DNA of 64,000 nt. It comes from an uncultured Acidimicrobiia bacterium. GTDB taxonomy: Bacteria > Actinomycetota > Acidimicrobiia > IMCC26256 > CAWATG01. Location: the NCBI GenBank assembly GCA_963785035.1, contig CAWATG010000015.1, positions 30,317 through 94,316 on the forward strand, read 5' to 3'. A program made the translations under genes and the position numbers. Position 1 is the stretch's first letter, and every line of letters starts with the position of its first letter. The notes beneath the pieces are model-generated. The model worked only from the letters and a program-made list of their open reading frames with translations. It made no database searches and was not told where the DNA came from. Below, piece after piece: positions 11,098 to 20,809 of this stretch.

Positions 11098-12021
11098 GTG
11101 AGCTTCGACGGTGGCACTGGATCCTTGAAAGTGGCAGCGGTGCAGGCGACACCGGTGTTTCTCGATCGTGCTGCGACGGTCGAGGTCGCGGCCCGCCACG
11201 TCGTGTCGGCCAATGCTGAACTGGTCGTGTTCCCGGAATCGTTCGTCCCGGGGTACCCCGACTGGGTGTGGCGCCGGTCCCCAATGAGCGATGGCGATTG
11301 GTACGCCCGGTTCGTCGCCAACGCCGTGCGCGTCGAAGGCACCGACCTTGAACCGCTGCGTGATGCTGCCCACGATGCGGGGACGACCGTAGCGGTGGGT
11401 GTCACCGAGCGATCCCGGTCGGACACCTTGTACAACACGGTCGTGTACATCGGAGCTACGGGCGAGATCGTGGGCCGGCACCGCAAGCTGGTGCCCACGG
11501 GCGCCGAGCGGCTGGTGTGGGGCAACGGCAACGATCACCTGTTGACCGTGATCGATGTCGGCGGCGTCACGGTCGGCTCGTTGATCTGCTGGGAGAATTA
11601 CATGCCGCTCGCTCGGATGGCGATGTATGAGCGCGGGATCGACGTGCTGTTGGCGCCGACGTGGGACAACAGCGACGAGTGGGTGCCGACGCTTCGTCAC
11701 ATCGCCAAGGAGGGCCAGATCTTCGTGATCGGTGTGACCGCGTTTCTGCGCGGCTGCGACGTGCCGAGGGATCTTCCCGATGCTGATGAGATGTACGGCG
11801 GCGACGACGATTTCATGTCGCGAGGCAACACCACGATCGTGGCGCCAGGCGGCGAGGTGCTCGCCGGACCGCTGATCGGCGAAGCGGGTGTCGTGTCGGC
11901 GGAACTGGATCTGTCGCGTATCGCAGCGGGACGGCGCATGTTCGACCCGACTGGTCACTACGCCCGCCCCGACGTGCTGTCACTGCGCCAACCCGTCACT
12001 GGCGACCCTCGAGCAACCTGA
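11098..12021 (+). CDS. Nitrilase / carbon-nitrogen hydrolase family
   Basis: Catalytic E-K-C context is present: VVFPESFVPGYP, HRKLVPT, GSLICWENYMPLAR. Confidence 0.85.
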   Translation: MSFDGGTGSLKVAAVQATPVFLDRAATVEVAARHVVSANAELVVFPESFVPGYPDWVWRRSPMSDGDWYARFVANAVRVEGTDLEPLRDAAHDAGTTVAVGVTERSRSDTLYNTVVYIGATGEIVGRHRKLVPTGAERLVWGNGNDHLLTVIDVGGVTVGSLICWENYMPLARMAMYERGIDVLLAPTWDNSDEWVPTLRHIAKEGQIFVIGVTAFLRGCDVPRDLPDADEMYGGDDDFMSRGNTTIVAPGGEVLAGPLIGEAGVVSAELDLSRIAAGRRMFDPTGHYARPDVLSLRQPVTGDPRAT

Positions 12022-12039
12022 CGGCGGACTCGTTCGTCG

Positions 12040-13130
12040 ACGCGTTCTGCTTCGCGTGGGCGGCGCTCCACCTGGACACTGTTGTCGTCGAAGGCTGAGC
12101 GCGCGATGCGCGCCATTTGGTACTTGCGTGGCGCGAGGGAATCTGTGGTGTGCCGAGGCGGGTTTCGTGCCTGACCGTCGATGCGGCGGTCAGCTCCATC
12201 CACGTCTTGGGAGGTCTATCCATGCACCAAATCTGTTCGACCCTGAACCACGCTCGCCGAGCTCGACGTGCGGATCTACCTGCAGTTCGACGGGCTCGAC
12301 GCCTCCACCCACATTGCGTTCCGGGGCCGCGACCTGCGCGCGCAGCGAAGGCCAAGGCGCTGGAACGGTGCGCCGACGCGGGCCTCGCTGTGCTGCTCGT
12401 CGCAGCGGTGGACGCCGAGACGAACCTCGACCAGGTCGGCGACATCGTCCGCCACGGCATCGCCCACCCCGCAGTGCGCGGGGTCGTGTTCCAGCCGGTG
12501 ACGCGCGCCGGGCGCATGCCCACCTTCGACCCCCGTCACGCGGCTCACCAACCCCGACGTCATCAAGGCCCTCGTCGCGCAATGTCCCGACTGGTTCCGG
12601 GTCTCGGACTTCTTCCCGGTGCCGTGCTGCTTTCCGACCTGCCGCTCGGTCACCTACCTGCTCGGCGACGACGAAGACGTCATCCCGATCACCGCGGCTG
12701 CTGCCGCTGGAGAACTACCTCGACTACGTCACCAACCGGGCGCTGCCCGACCCGTCGGTGCGCACGCGCTGGAGGGTCTGTGGAGCGCATCGGCGATCCC
12801 CGGCTCGCCGACCATGACCGACCGGCTGCACCACTACCCTGACAGCGCTCGGTCTCTCGGGCGAGCTCAACGAGGTCGCCGCGGGCCGCGTTGGAGACAT
12901 GCGCGAGCTGCGGGATCGACTTCCCCGACGCGCTTGGCGGATCTGGCGTCGAAGGCGTTCATGATCGTGATCCAGGACTTCCAGGACCCCTACACGCTCA
13001 ACGTCAAACAGCTGATGAAGTGCTGCGTCGAAGAGATCACTCCCGACGGCCGGCTGATCCCGTTCTGCGCCTACAACTCGGTCGGCTACCGCGAACAGGT
13101 CCGCGCCCAGCTCTCCGGCACGGCGGTGGA
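12040..13130 (+). pseudogene. Radical-SAM protein remnant (C-terminal domain like the archaeal Tes/MJ0619 family), 5'-truncated with multiple frameshifts
   Basis: The conserved pieces are scattered over three frames: RIYLQFDGLDASTHIAFRGRDL (ORF 12268-12501); ALERCADAGLAVLLVAAVDAETNLDQVGDIVRHGIAHPAVRGVVFQPVTRAGR (ORF 12117-12842); LENYLDYVTNRALPDPSVR (ORF 11888-12817); and FFPVPCCFPTCRSVTYLL...KAFMIVIQDFQDPYTLNVKQLMKCCVEEITPDGRLIPFCAYNSVGYREQV (ORF 12619-13305). No CxxxCxxC motif is left before the nitrilase stop. Confidence 0.55.
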
Positions 13131-13329
13131 CGACGGTCGTGCCAAACGCCGCTCGAGCTGGCCGACCTGCTCGTGCCCACCCGTCACGGCTCGCGCACCG
13201 TGGCGCCCGGCCTCTCGCGGCCCGATACCGCCGGTGCAGGTCAACCTCGGGCGGAGCGCTGCGGTGAGCCGCGCTGCCATCGCTCGCCGACGCTCGGTGA
13301 GCTGATCGACGACCTACCGGGCCGGCGCC

Positions 13330-14110
13330 GCCGGAGACACCGAAGCCGCCAAATCGTGCTGCGCCGCTGTCTACGGCGTCGATCTGGTCGGCCTCTTCCT
13401 CGGCGAGAGCTACCACCCCGGCGGCATCGAGCTCACCCGGCGCCTCGCCGAGCACTCGTCGAGCTGCTACCGGGCCGAGCGCGTGCTCGACGTTCGCCTC
13501 CGGGATCGGCGCCACTGCGGTGCTGCTTGCCGCCGAGCACGATGTCAACGTGGTCGGCGTCGACCTCGGCGCCGCGCAGATCGCCAAGGCGACCGGCCCG
13601 TGCCGCTGCCGCCGGCCTCAGGGACCGGGCCGTGTTCCGGTCGGTGACGCCGAACATCTGCCGTCGACGACAGCAGCTTCGACGCCGTCGTCAGCGAGTC
13701 CGCGTTCTGCGCCTTCCTCGACGAGCCGCAGGCCGCTGCGAGGTCGCACGCGTCCTGCGCCAGGTGGGCGGCTCGGTCTCACCGACGTATGGATGCTCTT
13801 CGAGTGGCTCGACCCGACCTCGCGGACTCGCCGGTCGCATTGCCTGCATCGCCGACGCCCGGCCCGTCGACGACACCGGCTTCTGTTGGAGTCGGCCGGG
13901 TTCCGCATCGACCAGGTTGAACGCAACGACGAAGCGCTTGCCGCTACCGTCGAGGTCATCACCAGTCGCCTCCGCGCCCTCCGGTTGCTCGACCTGCCGC
14001 TACTGCAGACCATCGACCTCCGCCGGGCAATCGACGTCGCTCGCCGTGTCGCTGACGTCGTCGACCGCGGCGATGCCGGCTACTTCCTGCTTACCGTGGT
14101 CCCAGAACTG
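13330..14110 (+). pseudogene. Class I SAM-dependent methyltransferase, multiple frameshifts
   Basis: The pieces are KSCCAAVYGVDLVGLFLGESYHPGGIELTRRLAE, VLDV..GIGATAVLLAAEHDVNVVGVDLGAAQIAKA, FDAVVSESAFCAFL, GGRLGLTDV, IACIADARPVDD, and LLESAGFRIDQVERNDEALAATVEVITSRLRALRLLDLPLL. They are found across all three plus-strand frames. Confidence 0.55.
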
Positions 14111-14372
14111 CTGGGCGTTCTCGAGTCCGACGCGCGTCGCGAACAACACCCACGCGTCGGCGTACTGGCGGTGGACCAGCACGCGAAACCGCGGCTTGGC
14201 GTCCGGCGGTGCTCCAGGCCGACGGGCGGCCACGTGCGGTCGGTAGGCGCCGGGCTGCGGGTCAGGTTGTTGGCCGCGGCGCTTCGGCATAGTCGCCCGT
14301 CCCGGGCCCGGGTGCTTCGAAGGTTCGCTCGATCCGCAACGATCGTGTCCCGGACCCGGTCTGCTCACTCAT
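14110..14372 (-). pseudogene. Possible SRPBCC/AHSA1-family fragment downstream of ArsR
   Basis: Starts MSEQTGSGTRSLRIERTFEAP, the typical AHSA1 N-terminal L-I-x-R-x-F-x-AP signature, then loses frame. It collides with the 3' end of the plus-strand methyltransferase. Confidence 0.35.
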
Positions 14373-14729
14373 GCCAGTCCGCCCTTCGTGGCGGTCTGGA
14401 GTTGTTCGGAGGTACTCGTCCATCCTGTCGAAGCGCGCCTCCCAGACCGGGCGGTACTGCTCGGCCCACGTCGACACCGCCTCGATCGGTGCCGGCGTCA
14501 AGTGCGCACGGCCGGTACTGGGCCTGCGGCACCTCGGATCACCAGCCCGGCTCGCTCCAGCACCTTGATGTGCTTGGAGACGGCTGGGAGGGTCAGCTCG
14601 AACGGTGCCGCCAGCTCGTTGACGGTGGCCGCGCCGTCGGCGAGGCGTCCGAGGATCGCGCCGTCGTGTGGTGTTCGCCAGCGCCGCGAAGGTCTCGCTC
14701 AATCGGTCGTCGTCGATCACTGCGACCAT
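14373..14729 (-). pseudogene. ArsR/SmtB-family regulator read through three successive frame changes
   Basis: MVAVIDDDRLSETFAALANTTRR / AILGRLADGAATVNELAAPFELTLPAVSKHIKVLERAGLVIRG / QAQYRPCALDAG / PIEAVSTWAEQYRPVWEARFDRMDEYL. The first and last pieces share the frame of ORF 14262-14810. Confidence 0.7.
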
Positions 14730-14824
14730 CTGTCCTCCTAGTTTGCGAATCGGATAATTAACCAATCTGAGAAAGTAGATGGGTATGGCCCCGAGTGTCA
14801 GCAGCGTCAACGCCTCGCGCGCGG

Positions 14825-15271
14825 TCAGTCGCTCACGCCGTTCGAGGATCGACTTGAGGGCGGCGAGGTCGTTGCGGTTGCTCGTCGCATGGCCGGGGCC
14901 ATGAACGGGGCGGCAGGCTGGAGAACCCGGCGGGTTCGCCGCGGTTGCGCAGCGTCATGTGGGTGCCGCCGTCGACGGCGGGGCCCAGGTGTAGGTGGTC
15001 TCCATGGGGAACGGGCCTCGGCGGTGCGCATGACGAGCCGCTCGCCGGGACGAGCTCGACGATCTCGTAGTCGTAGGCGAGGCGACGGCCGAGGAAGCGG
15101 GCCACGAATCCGACGATCCGAACCGACCTGCGAGCGGTGGCTCGGTCTTCCACTCGACGGACTCGATGTTGGCGTACCACTCGGCGTGCGTGGTCGGGGT
15201 CGGCCGCGATACGGCGGCGACCTCGGCGACGGGCGGGCGATGTCGATCTCGGTGCGCACGTCGACGCTCAC
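14825..15271 (-). pseudogene. SRPBCC (polyketide cyclase/dehydrase-like) protein, multiple frameshifts
   Basis: The pieces are spread over ORFs 14825-15271, 14833-15180 and 14955-15638: SVDVRTEIDIARP; AEWYANIESVEWKTEPPLA; FVARFLGRRLAYDYEIVELVP; GERLVMRTAE; GPFPMETTYTWAP; DGGTHMTLRNRGEPAGFSSL; APFMAPAMRRA. The GTG start overlaps the stop of the upstream gene (GTGA). Confidence 0.6.
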
Positions 15272-15702
15272 GGCGCCGCCCCTTCGGCTGGCGGCGACCA
15301 GGAGCGGGAGGAAGTGGCCCCAGCCGGCGTGTGTGCTCGTCGGCGAAGGCGGCGGGGAGGCCGGTGTGGCGCAGGGTCAGGATGGTGTCACCGTCGTCGG
15401 CGGTGAGGGTGACCTCGACCCGGGTGGAGCCGGGCGCGACGTCGGGCACGCCGTCGGTGGGCTCCCAGCCGAAGGTGAACACGATGCGCTCGTGGGGGAC
15501 GAGCTCGACGTACTCGCCGACCATGACCGGGCCGCCGCCCATCTCGACGCGGCAGGCGCCGCCGGGTCGCGGGTCGAGCTCGGCGGCCGCGCCCCACCAG
15601 TCGCACATGCGCTGCGGGTCGGTCCAGTAGCGCCACACCGTCTCGGGTCGGGCGCTGATGCGCAGCGTCTGCTCGACGGTGCGTGGTGTCGGCGTCGGTC
15701 AC
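15268..15702 (-). pseudogene. SRPBCC/AHSA1-family protein, frameshifted near both ends
   Basis: The core is in ORF 14955-15638 (WRYWTDPQRMCDWWGAAAELDPRPGGACRVEMGGGPVMVGEYVELVPHERIVFTFGWE...STRVEVTLTADDGDTILTLRHTGLP). The N-terminus (RTVEQTLRISARPETV) and C-terminus (AGWGHFLPLLVAA) lie in other frames. Confidence 0.7.
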
Positions 15703-16057
15703 CGGTGCTCCTTCGGGTCGTCGGTGCGCGATGCGCCACGCGGTCCGTTCGGGCCATTCCTCGCGCTCGGCGGCGGCCTTGAGGCGGGCGAGGCGGTCGG
15801 ACCACATCTCCTCGACGAAGGCGGCCGCGTTCGCGCAGGCCCTCGCGCCGCCAGCCGGTAGAGGCGGCGGTTGCCGTCGGGGCGGACCTCGACGCAGCCC
15901 GGCGTCGGTGAGCACCCGGAGGTGCTGGGACGACCGCGGGGCGGCTCATCGACGGGAAGTGGCCGGCGATCTCGCCGGCCGGCAGCTCGCCGTCGCGGAC
16001 GAGGCGGAGGATGGCGCGCCGGGTCGGGTCGGCGACCGCTCGCAGCGCCTCGTCCAC
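15699..16057 (-). pseudogene. ArsR/SmtB-family regulator spread over three frames
   Basis: DEALRAVADPTRRAILRLVRDGELPAGEIAGHFPSMSRPAV / SQHLRVLTDAGL / VEVRPDGNRRLYRLAARG / ANAAAFVEEMWSDRLARLKAAAEREEW, taken from ORFs 15377-16057, 15388-15915 and 15699-16565. Confidence 0.7.
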
Positions 16058-16105
16058 GCCGATCTCCTCCCCGGCACTTGACCTCGCGGCATGCCGTCCG
16101 CGAGT

Positions 16106-16125
16106 GTGTAAGCATCATCTTACAC
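16106..16125. promoter_or_regulatory. Candidate ArsR operator in a divergent intergenic region
   Basis: A perfect inverted repeat, GTGTAAG-N6-CTTACAC, lies between the ArsR start (16057) and the DinB-family start (16140). Confidence 0.45.
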
Positions 16126-16139
16126 AGATTGGAGCCCTG

Positions 16140-16672
16140 ATGGACCTCATCGACGCCCTCGACCGCACCTTCGCCCACGCTCACGCCGTCATCGCCGGCG
16201 TCAGGGCCGACCAGTACGACGACAAGACGCCGTGCGCCGAGTGGACCGTGCGCGACCTGCTCGGAGCACATGATCGGCGTCGTCGACGGGCTCGGCGCCG
16301 CCGCCTGCCGGACGAACGCCCGAGCCCGTTCACGCCTCGGCGCCGACCCGGCCGCCCAGCTCCAGACTGCCGCCGCGCCGCGATGGCCGGCTGGCGGACG
16401 CCAGGCGTGCTCGACCGGATCATCGACAGCCGGTCCAGGCCGATGGTGCTTCGTCAAGGGGTGCTGCACGCCCACATCTCGGGAGCCCAGCTCGGCAAGG
16501 GTCGCAACGCCGACGGTCCGAGGCGTTGACATGGCCAAGTACGTGCAATCCACCCCGGACCTCACACGATCGACATCCAGGTCACGAGCGAAGTCGATGT
16601 CTGCGAGCGGAGCCGCTGAGTCGGTTCGGTCGCGGCGCTGGCCGCGGACGGCCGGCGCGGGCAGCCTGCTAG
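16140..16672 (+). pseudogene. DinB/maleylpyruvate-isomerase-family (TIGR03086-like, mycothiol-dependent enzyme family) protein, frameshifted
   Basis: MDLIDALDRTFAHAHAVIAGVRADQYDDKTPCAEWTVRDLL (ORF 16011-16529), then HMIGVVDGLGAAA (ORF 16270-), then AAMAGWRTPGVLDRIIDS back in the first frame. The 3' end coordinate is approximate. Confidence 0.55.
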
Positions 16673-16740
16673 AGTTGAGAGTTCTGGTGTGCCGGGAAGT
16701 CTGGTCGGCGAGCGTCTATTCGCCGACCCCCGGGACCTTC

Positions 16741-18084
16741 ATGCCTGCCACATCTCGCGTGCCGATCTGGCTCAACAGCGAGCACTTCCTTGCCCGACGC
16801 TTGGGCCGACCTGTGCAGCGATTTATGCACATCGAGGCCTCCGGTGGCATCGTGCTGCTTGCCGCCGCCGCGGCAGCGATGGTATGGGCGAACTCGCCTT
16901 GGTCGGCGTCCTACCACGACCTGTGGGGCACGAGCCTCTCCATCGATCTTGGCGGCAACGTCGTGTCCGAGGACCTCCGCCATTGGGTCAACGACGGGCT
17001 CATGGCGCTCTTCTTCTTCGTTGTCGGTCTCGAGATCAAGCAAGAACTCGCGACCGGATACCTCTCGAAGCTGCGTGACGCCCTGCTGCCTGCGATCGCG
17101 GCGCTAGGCGGCATGGTCGTGCCGGCCATCATCTACGCGGTCATCAATGCGGGTGGCGCCGGCGCCGACGGCTGGGGCATCCCGATGGCGACGGACATCG
17201 CGTTCGCGCTTGGAGTACTTGCGTTGCTCGGCAACCGAGTCCCACCGACGCTGAAGATCCTGCTCCTCGCTCTGGCCATCGTCGACGACATCGGAGCGAT
17301 CGTCGTGATCGCCATTTTCTACACCGACGACCTCCAGATCTCCTGGCTCGTCGCTGCCGTCGCAGGCCTGGCCCTGATCGTGATCCTGCGCCAAAGGCGG
17401 GTCTGGTACACGCCGCTCTACGCCGCCATCGGACTCGTGGTGTGGTTCGCGACCCTCGAAAGCGGCATCCACGCCACGATCGCCGGGGTCGCCCTCGGTT
17501 TGCTCGCCCCGGCAAGACCTCTGCTGCCCGACACCGACGCGGCCGCCATTGCCGACCGGATCTCCGAGGACCGCAATGTCACGGTCGCCGAGATCCGTCA
17601 GGTGTCGTTCGAGCTGCGCGAATCTGCGTCGGTCGCCGAACGGCTGCAGGACCTCTTGCACCCGTGGACGAGCTACCTCGCCATTCCGCTCTTTGCTCTT
17701 GCCAACGCCGGTGTCGAACTGTCCGGTGGCATCATCGGCGACGCGGCGACGTCGCCTGTCACCGCCGGCGTCTTCATCGGCCTGCTCGTTGGCAAGTTCA
17801 TCGGCATTACCGGCGCCGTTTTTCTCGCCACCAAACTGCGGATCGCATCGCTTCCCGACGGCGTCACGCCGCGCCAGATCACGGGAATGGCGCTCCTCGC
17901 CGGAATCGGCTTCACGGTGTCGCTGTTCATCAGCGGCCTCGCTTTCGAAGACGCCCTCACCGACGAAGCCAAGATCGGTGTGATCACGGCCTCCGTACTC
18001 GCCGCGACCGTCGGCCTCCTTGTACTGGGAACGGACCAATCGACTCGCATCGAACCAACCAAGGCGACGGAATCGTCGGACTGA
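16741..18084 (+). CDS. nhaA: Na+/H+ antiporter NhaA
   Basis: The internal ATG (MPATSRVPIWLNSEHF...) of ORF 16270-18084. NhaA signatures are present: VNDGLMALFFFVVGLEIKQE, ALAIVDDIGAIVVIAIFY, FALANAGV. Confidence 0.9.
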   Translation: MPATSRVPIWLNSEHFLARRLGRPVQRFMHIEASGGIVLLAAAAAAMVWANSPWSASYHDLWGTSLSIDLGGNVVSEDLRHWVNDGLMALFFFVVGLEIKQELATGYLSKLRDALLPAIAALGGMVVPAIIYAVINAGGAGADGWGIPMATDIAFALGVLALLGNRVPPTLKILLLALAIVDDIGAIVVIAIFYTDDLQISWLVAAVAGLALIVILRQRRVWYTPLYAAIGLVVWFATLESGIHATIAGVALGLLAPARPLLPDTDAAAIADRISEDRNVTVAEIRQVSFELRESASVAERLQDLLHPWTSYLAIPLFALANAGVELSGGIIGDAATSPVTAGVFIGLLVGKFIGITGAVFLATKLRIASLPDGVTPRQITGMALLAGIGFTVSLFISGLAFEDALTDEAKIGVITASVLAATVGLLVLGTDQSTRIEPTKATESSD

Positions 18085-18136
18085 TCAGCGGTGGCGTATG
18101 GCGTCGATCGTCTGACGCGCGGGCGTAAGTCGAGTC

Positions 18137-18370
18137 TCAGCGTTTCGATCTGAGCGCGTCGAGACGCCCTGTGTATTCGCTTTCGTCGAGCTCCCCGCGC
18201 GCAAAGCGTTCCGCCAGGATGTCTTCGGCCGAGTCACGCGGGCGTTCGGTTCCTGACGAGCCGCGAATGACGGTGACCACCACCCAGGCGACGAGTCCCC
18301 AGAAGACGACCATAAAGATGGTCATCACCAACCAGGCTCCCCAGCCCCAACCGTCGTTCCAGTACATCAT
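18137..18370 (-). CDS. SHOCT-domain small membrane protein
   Basis: 77 aa with one TM segment, then ILAERFARGELDESEYTGRLDAL (SHOCT motif). Confidence 0.75.
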   Translation of the reverse strand: MMYWNDGWGWGAWLVMTIFMVVFWGLVAWVVVTVIRGSSGTERPRDSAEDILAERFARGELDESEYTGRLDALRSKR

Positions 18371-18477
18371 CGTGTCCTCCCTCGCTCAGTCTGCGAGCTC
18401 GAAACGGCTGGGCCTAGGGTCGTTCGTCCCGAGCGCGCGGCGGGACGATCACCGATCCCGCGCAGCCCCGTCGTGCA

Positions 18478-19771
18478 TCATCGGCGTTCGCTTTCCGGCG
18501 CGACGACGCGGTTTCGCGGTGCAGGTGGGTGTGTTTCGTACATGCGCACGATGACGACGAGTCCGGAGGCGGCGGTGAGTGCGGCGACCGCCCAGATGGC
18601 GGCTTCGATGGAGATGAGGTCGGCGAGAATGCCGGCGAGGATCGCGCCGACTGCGAAGCCCGGCGTCGCGCCACAGTCGGTAGACCCCGACGGAGCGTGC
18701 CCGCCAGCGGGGGTGGGCGACGTCGCCGATGGCGGCGAGGAGGGTGGGGTACACCATGGCGGTGCCGACGCCGAGCAGCGCGGCGCCCGCGGCCCAGGCC
18801 CCGAAGCCACTGCTGGCGGCGATCCAGGCGATGGCGACGGCCTGGGTGAGCATGCCGCCCGCGATGAGCCGCTTGCGGCCGATGCGGTCGGAGAGCCCAC
18901 CGGTGATGAGCTGGCCGATGCCCCAGATAGCGGGGTAAATGGCGGCGAGGATGCCGATGCGCCCCACCGAGAGCCCGGCGTCGGCGAAGAAGAGGGGGAA
19001 GAGGCCCCAGGCGAGGCCGTCGTTGAGGTTGTTGACGAGCCCGGCCTGGCTGCACGACGACAGTGCTCGTTCGCGGAAGCTGGTGAGCATGAAGATCTCT
19101 CGGGTGCTCAGCGCGTCGTGCAGTGAGTCGTTGGTGGTGACGTGGTTCGCTGCTTCGAGGTGGGCGTGGTGGCGCGTCTCACGCACGAACACGCTTGACA
19201 GTGCGAGTCCGAGCCCGGCGTAGGCGAGGCCGAGGAAGAAGGGCTCGGGTCGAAGTCCGTACTCCTGGGCGATGAAGCCGGTGGCGAGCGCAGTGAGCGC
19301 GACCGCGCCGTACCCGGCGGCCTCGTTGAGTCCCATCGCGAACCCGCGTCGCTCGGGACCGACGAGATCGATCTTCATGATGACCGTCGTGGACCACGTG
19401 AAGCCCTGGTTCATGCCGAGCAGGACGTTGGCGAACACGATCCATCCCCATGTGGGCGCCCAGATCAACAGCAACGGCACGGGTACGCCGATGAGCCAGC
19501 CGGCCACGAGGACGGGTTTGCGGCCGATGCGGTCCGACAGGGTGCCGGCGAAGAAGTTGGTGATTGCCTTGGTGATGCCGAACGCGACGATGAAGGTGAG
19601 CGCGGCCGTGAAGGCTGTGATCCCGAAGACGTCCTCGGCGAGCAGCGGCAGCACGGTGCGTTCCTGGCCGATCATCCCGCCGACGAGCGCGTTGACGCCG
19701 ACGAGCAACCCGAACTGGGCGAGGTTGTGGCGCAGGCCAAGCTGCACCCGTGGCTGGTCGGCGGCGGTCAT
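18478..19771 (-). pseudogene. MFS transporter, C-terminal frameshift
   Basis: ORF 18449-19771 has the MFS motifs GTLSDRIGRKPV and GGLSDRIGRK. The last two TM segments (GFAVGAILAGILADLISIEAAIWAVAALTAASGLVVIV) are in ORF 18478-18900. The frame change is near 18650-18670. Confidence 0.75.
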
Positions 19772-19963
19772 GCGCCGACCGCGAGGGGCCCGCCGCGGTG
19801 TTCCCAGTCGGCGGGACCGCCGGTCACGATGCGGACTTCGGGGTGACCGGCGCGGGTGCGACGGGACCGGTCGACGGTGCGCAATGGGTTGATGACCGGC
19901 ACTCCGCCGACGACGCCGATGATCTCCAATCCCACGGGTGTGACCTCCCGAATCGGCTACGGA

Positions 19964-19996
19964 TGTTATGCTACTCCATTGATCACTGGAATAACA
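19964..19996. promoter_or_regulatory. AT-rich nested inverted repeat in the MFS / ArsR-rhodanese divergent region
   Basis: TGTTAT...TCCA-N8-TGGA-ATAACA. The outer arms are at 19964-19969 and 19991-19996. The local AT-richness is unusual for this sequence. Confidence 0.35.
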
Positions 19997-19999
19997 CCG

Positions 20000-20032
20000 G
20001 TGGACGTGGTGGACGTGGACGTGGACATGGAG
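20000..20032. repeat. Hexanucleotide GTGGAC repeat directly upstream of a start codon
   Basis: GTGGAC GTG GTGGAC GTGGAC GTGGAC ATGGAG, ending 5 nt before the ATG at 20038. Confidence 0.8.
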
Positions 20033-20037
20033 GTGCG

Positions 20038-20809
20038 ATGGGAGACCGGGCCGCGAAGCGGGCGCTGTTCGAACAGTTCGCCCGGGTCGCCAAGGCGGTC
20101 GCCCACCCGGCGCGACTCGAGCTGCTCGAGCTGCTCGCCCAAGGCGAGCGCAGCGTGGAGGAGCTCGCCGCGCTGACCGAGACCGGACTGAGCACCGTCT
20201 CGGCCCAACTGCAGGAGCTGCGCCGGGCCCGCCTGGTGGAGACGCGCCGCGACGGAACGCGCGTGTTCTACCGGTTGTCGGGCGATGATGTAGCGGCGCT
20301 GGTCGGAGTGTTGCGTGACGTCGCTGCTGCTCACCTTGGCGACGTGGAGCCGGCGGCGCTGCGGTATCTCGGCGACGATGTCGATGTCGAGGCTATCGAC
20401 CGGACCGAGCTCCTCCGGCGGGCATCATCGGGCGAAGTCGTGGTGGTCGACGTGCGACCCCGCGCCGAGTACGAGGCCGGGCATGTGCCGAGCGCGCTGT
20501 CGGTTCCGCTCGACGAGCTTCATCGCGCGTCTTGCCGAACTGCCCTCCGACATCGAGGTCGTGGCCTACTGCCGTGGTCCCTATTGCGTCCTCGCTCATG
20601 AGGCGGTGCGGTGCCTGCACCGGGCAGGACGGCGCGCCCTGCGCCTCGCGGATGGCCTACCAGAATGGCGTCTCGCCGGGCTGCCTGTCGTCGAAGGGGC
20701 CGAACCGGGGCGCCTCGCGTCGCGGCCGCGTCGAACCGTGAGGACTAACCGCCCTAGCGCTCGTCGTGTCGGAGAACCCACGATCGGGGAAGGAGGCCAC
20801 GCCCGATGA
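20038..20809 (+). pseudogene. ArsR-family HTH fused to a rhodanese domain, one frameshift
   Basis: HTH: HPARLELLELLAQGERSVEELAALTETGLSTVSAQLQELRRARLVETRRDGTRVFYRL. Rhodanese start: VVVVDVRPRAEYEAGHVPSALSVPLDEL (ORF 19750-20601). Active-site part: IEVVAYCRGPYCVLAHEAV...LADGLPEW (ORF 20315-20809). The frame change is near 20515-20530. Confidence 0.75.

Noticed and set aside
14000-14368. A 122-aa minus-strand ORF (MPKRRGQQPDPQPGAYRPH...FRVLVHRQYADAWVLFATRVGLENAQQFWDH) considered as a RelE/ParE-like toxin or plasmid-type gene.
   Set aside because: The resemblance is only to a vague sequence pattern. The ORF overlaps the methyltransferase 3' end and more likely contains shifted pieces of the AHSA1-like gene that follows ArsR. 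I could not support a toxin call.
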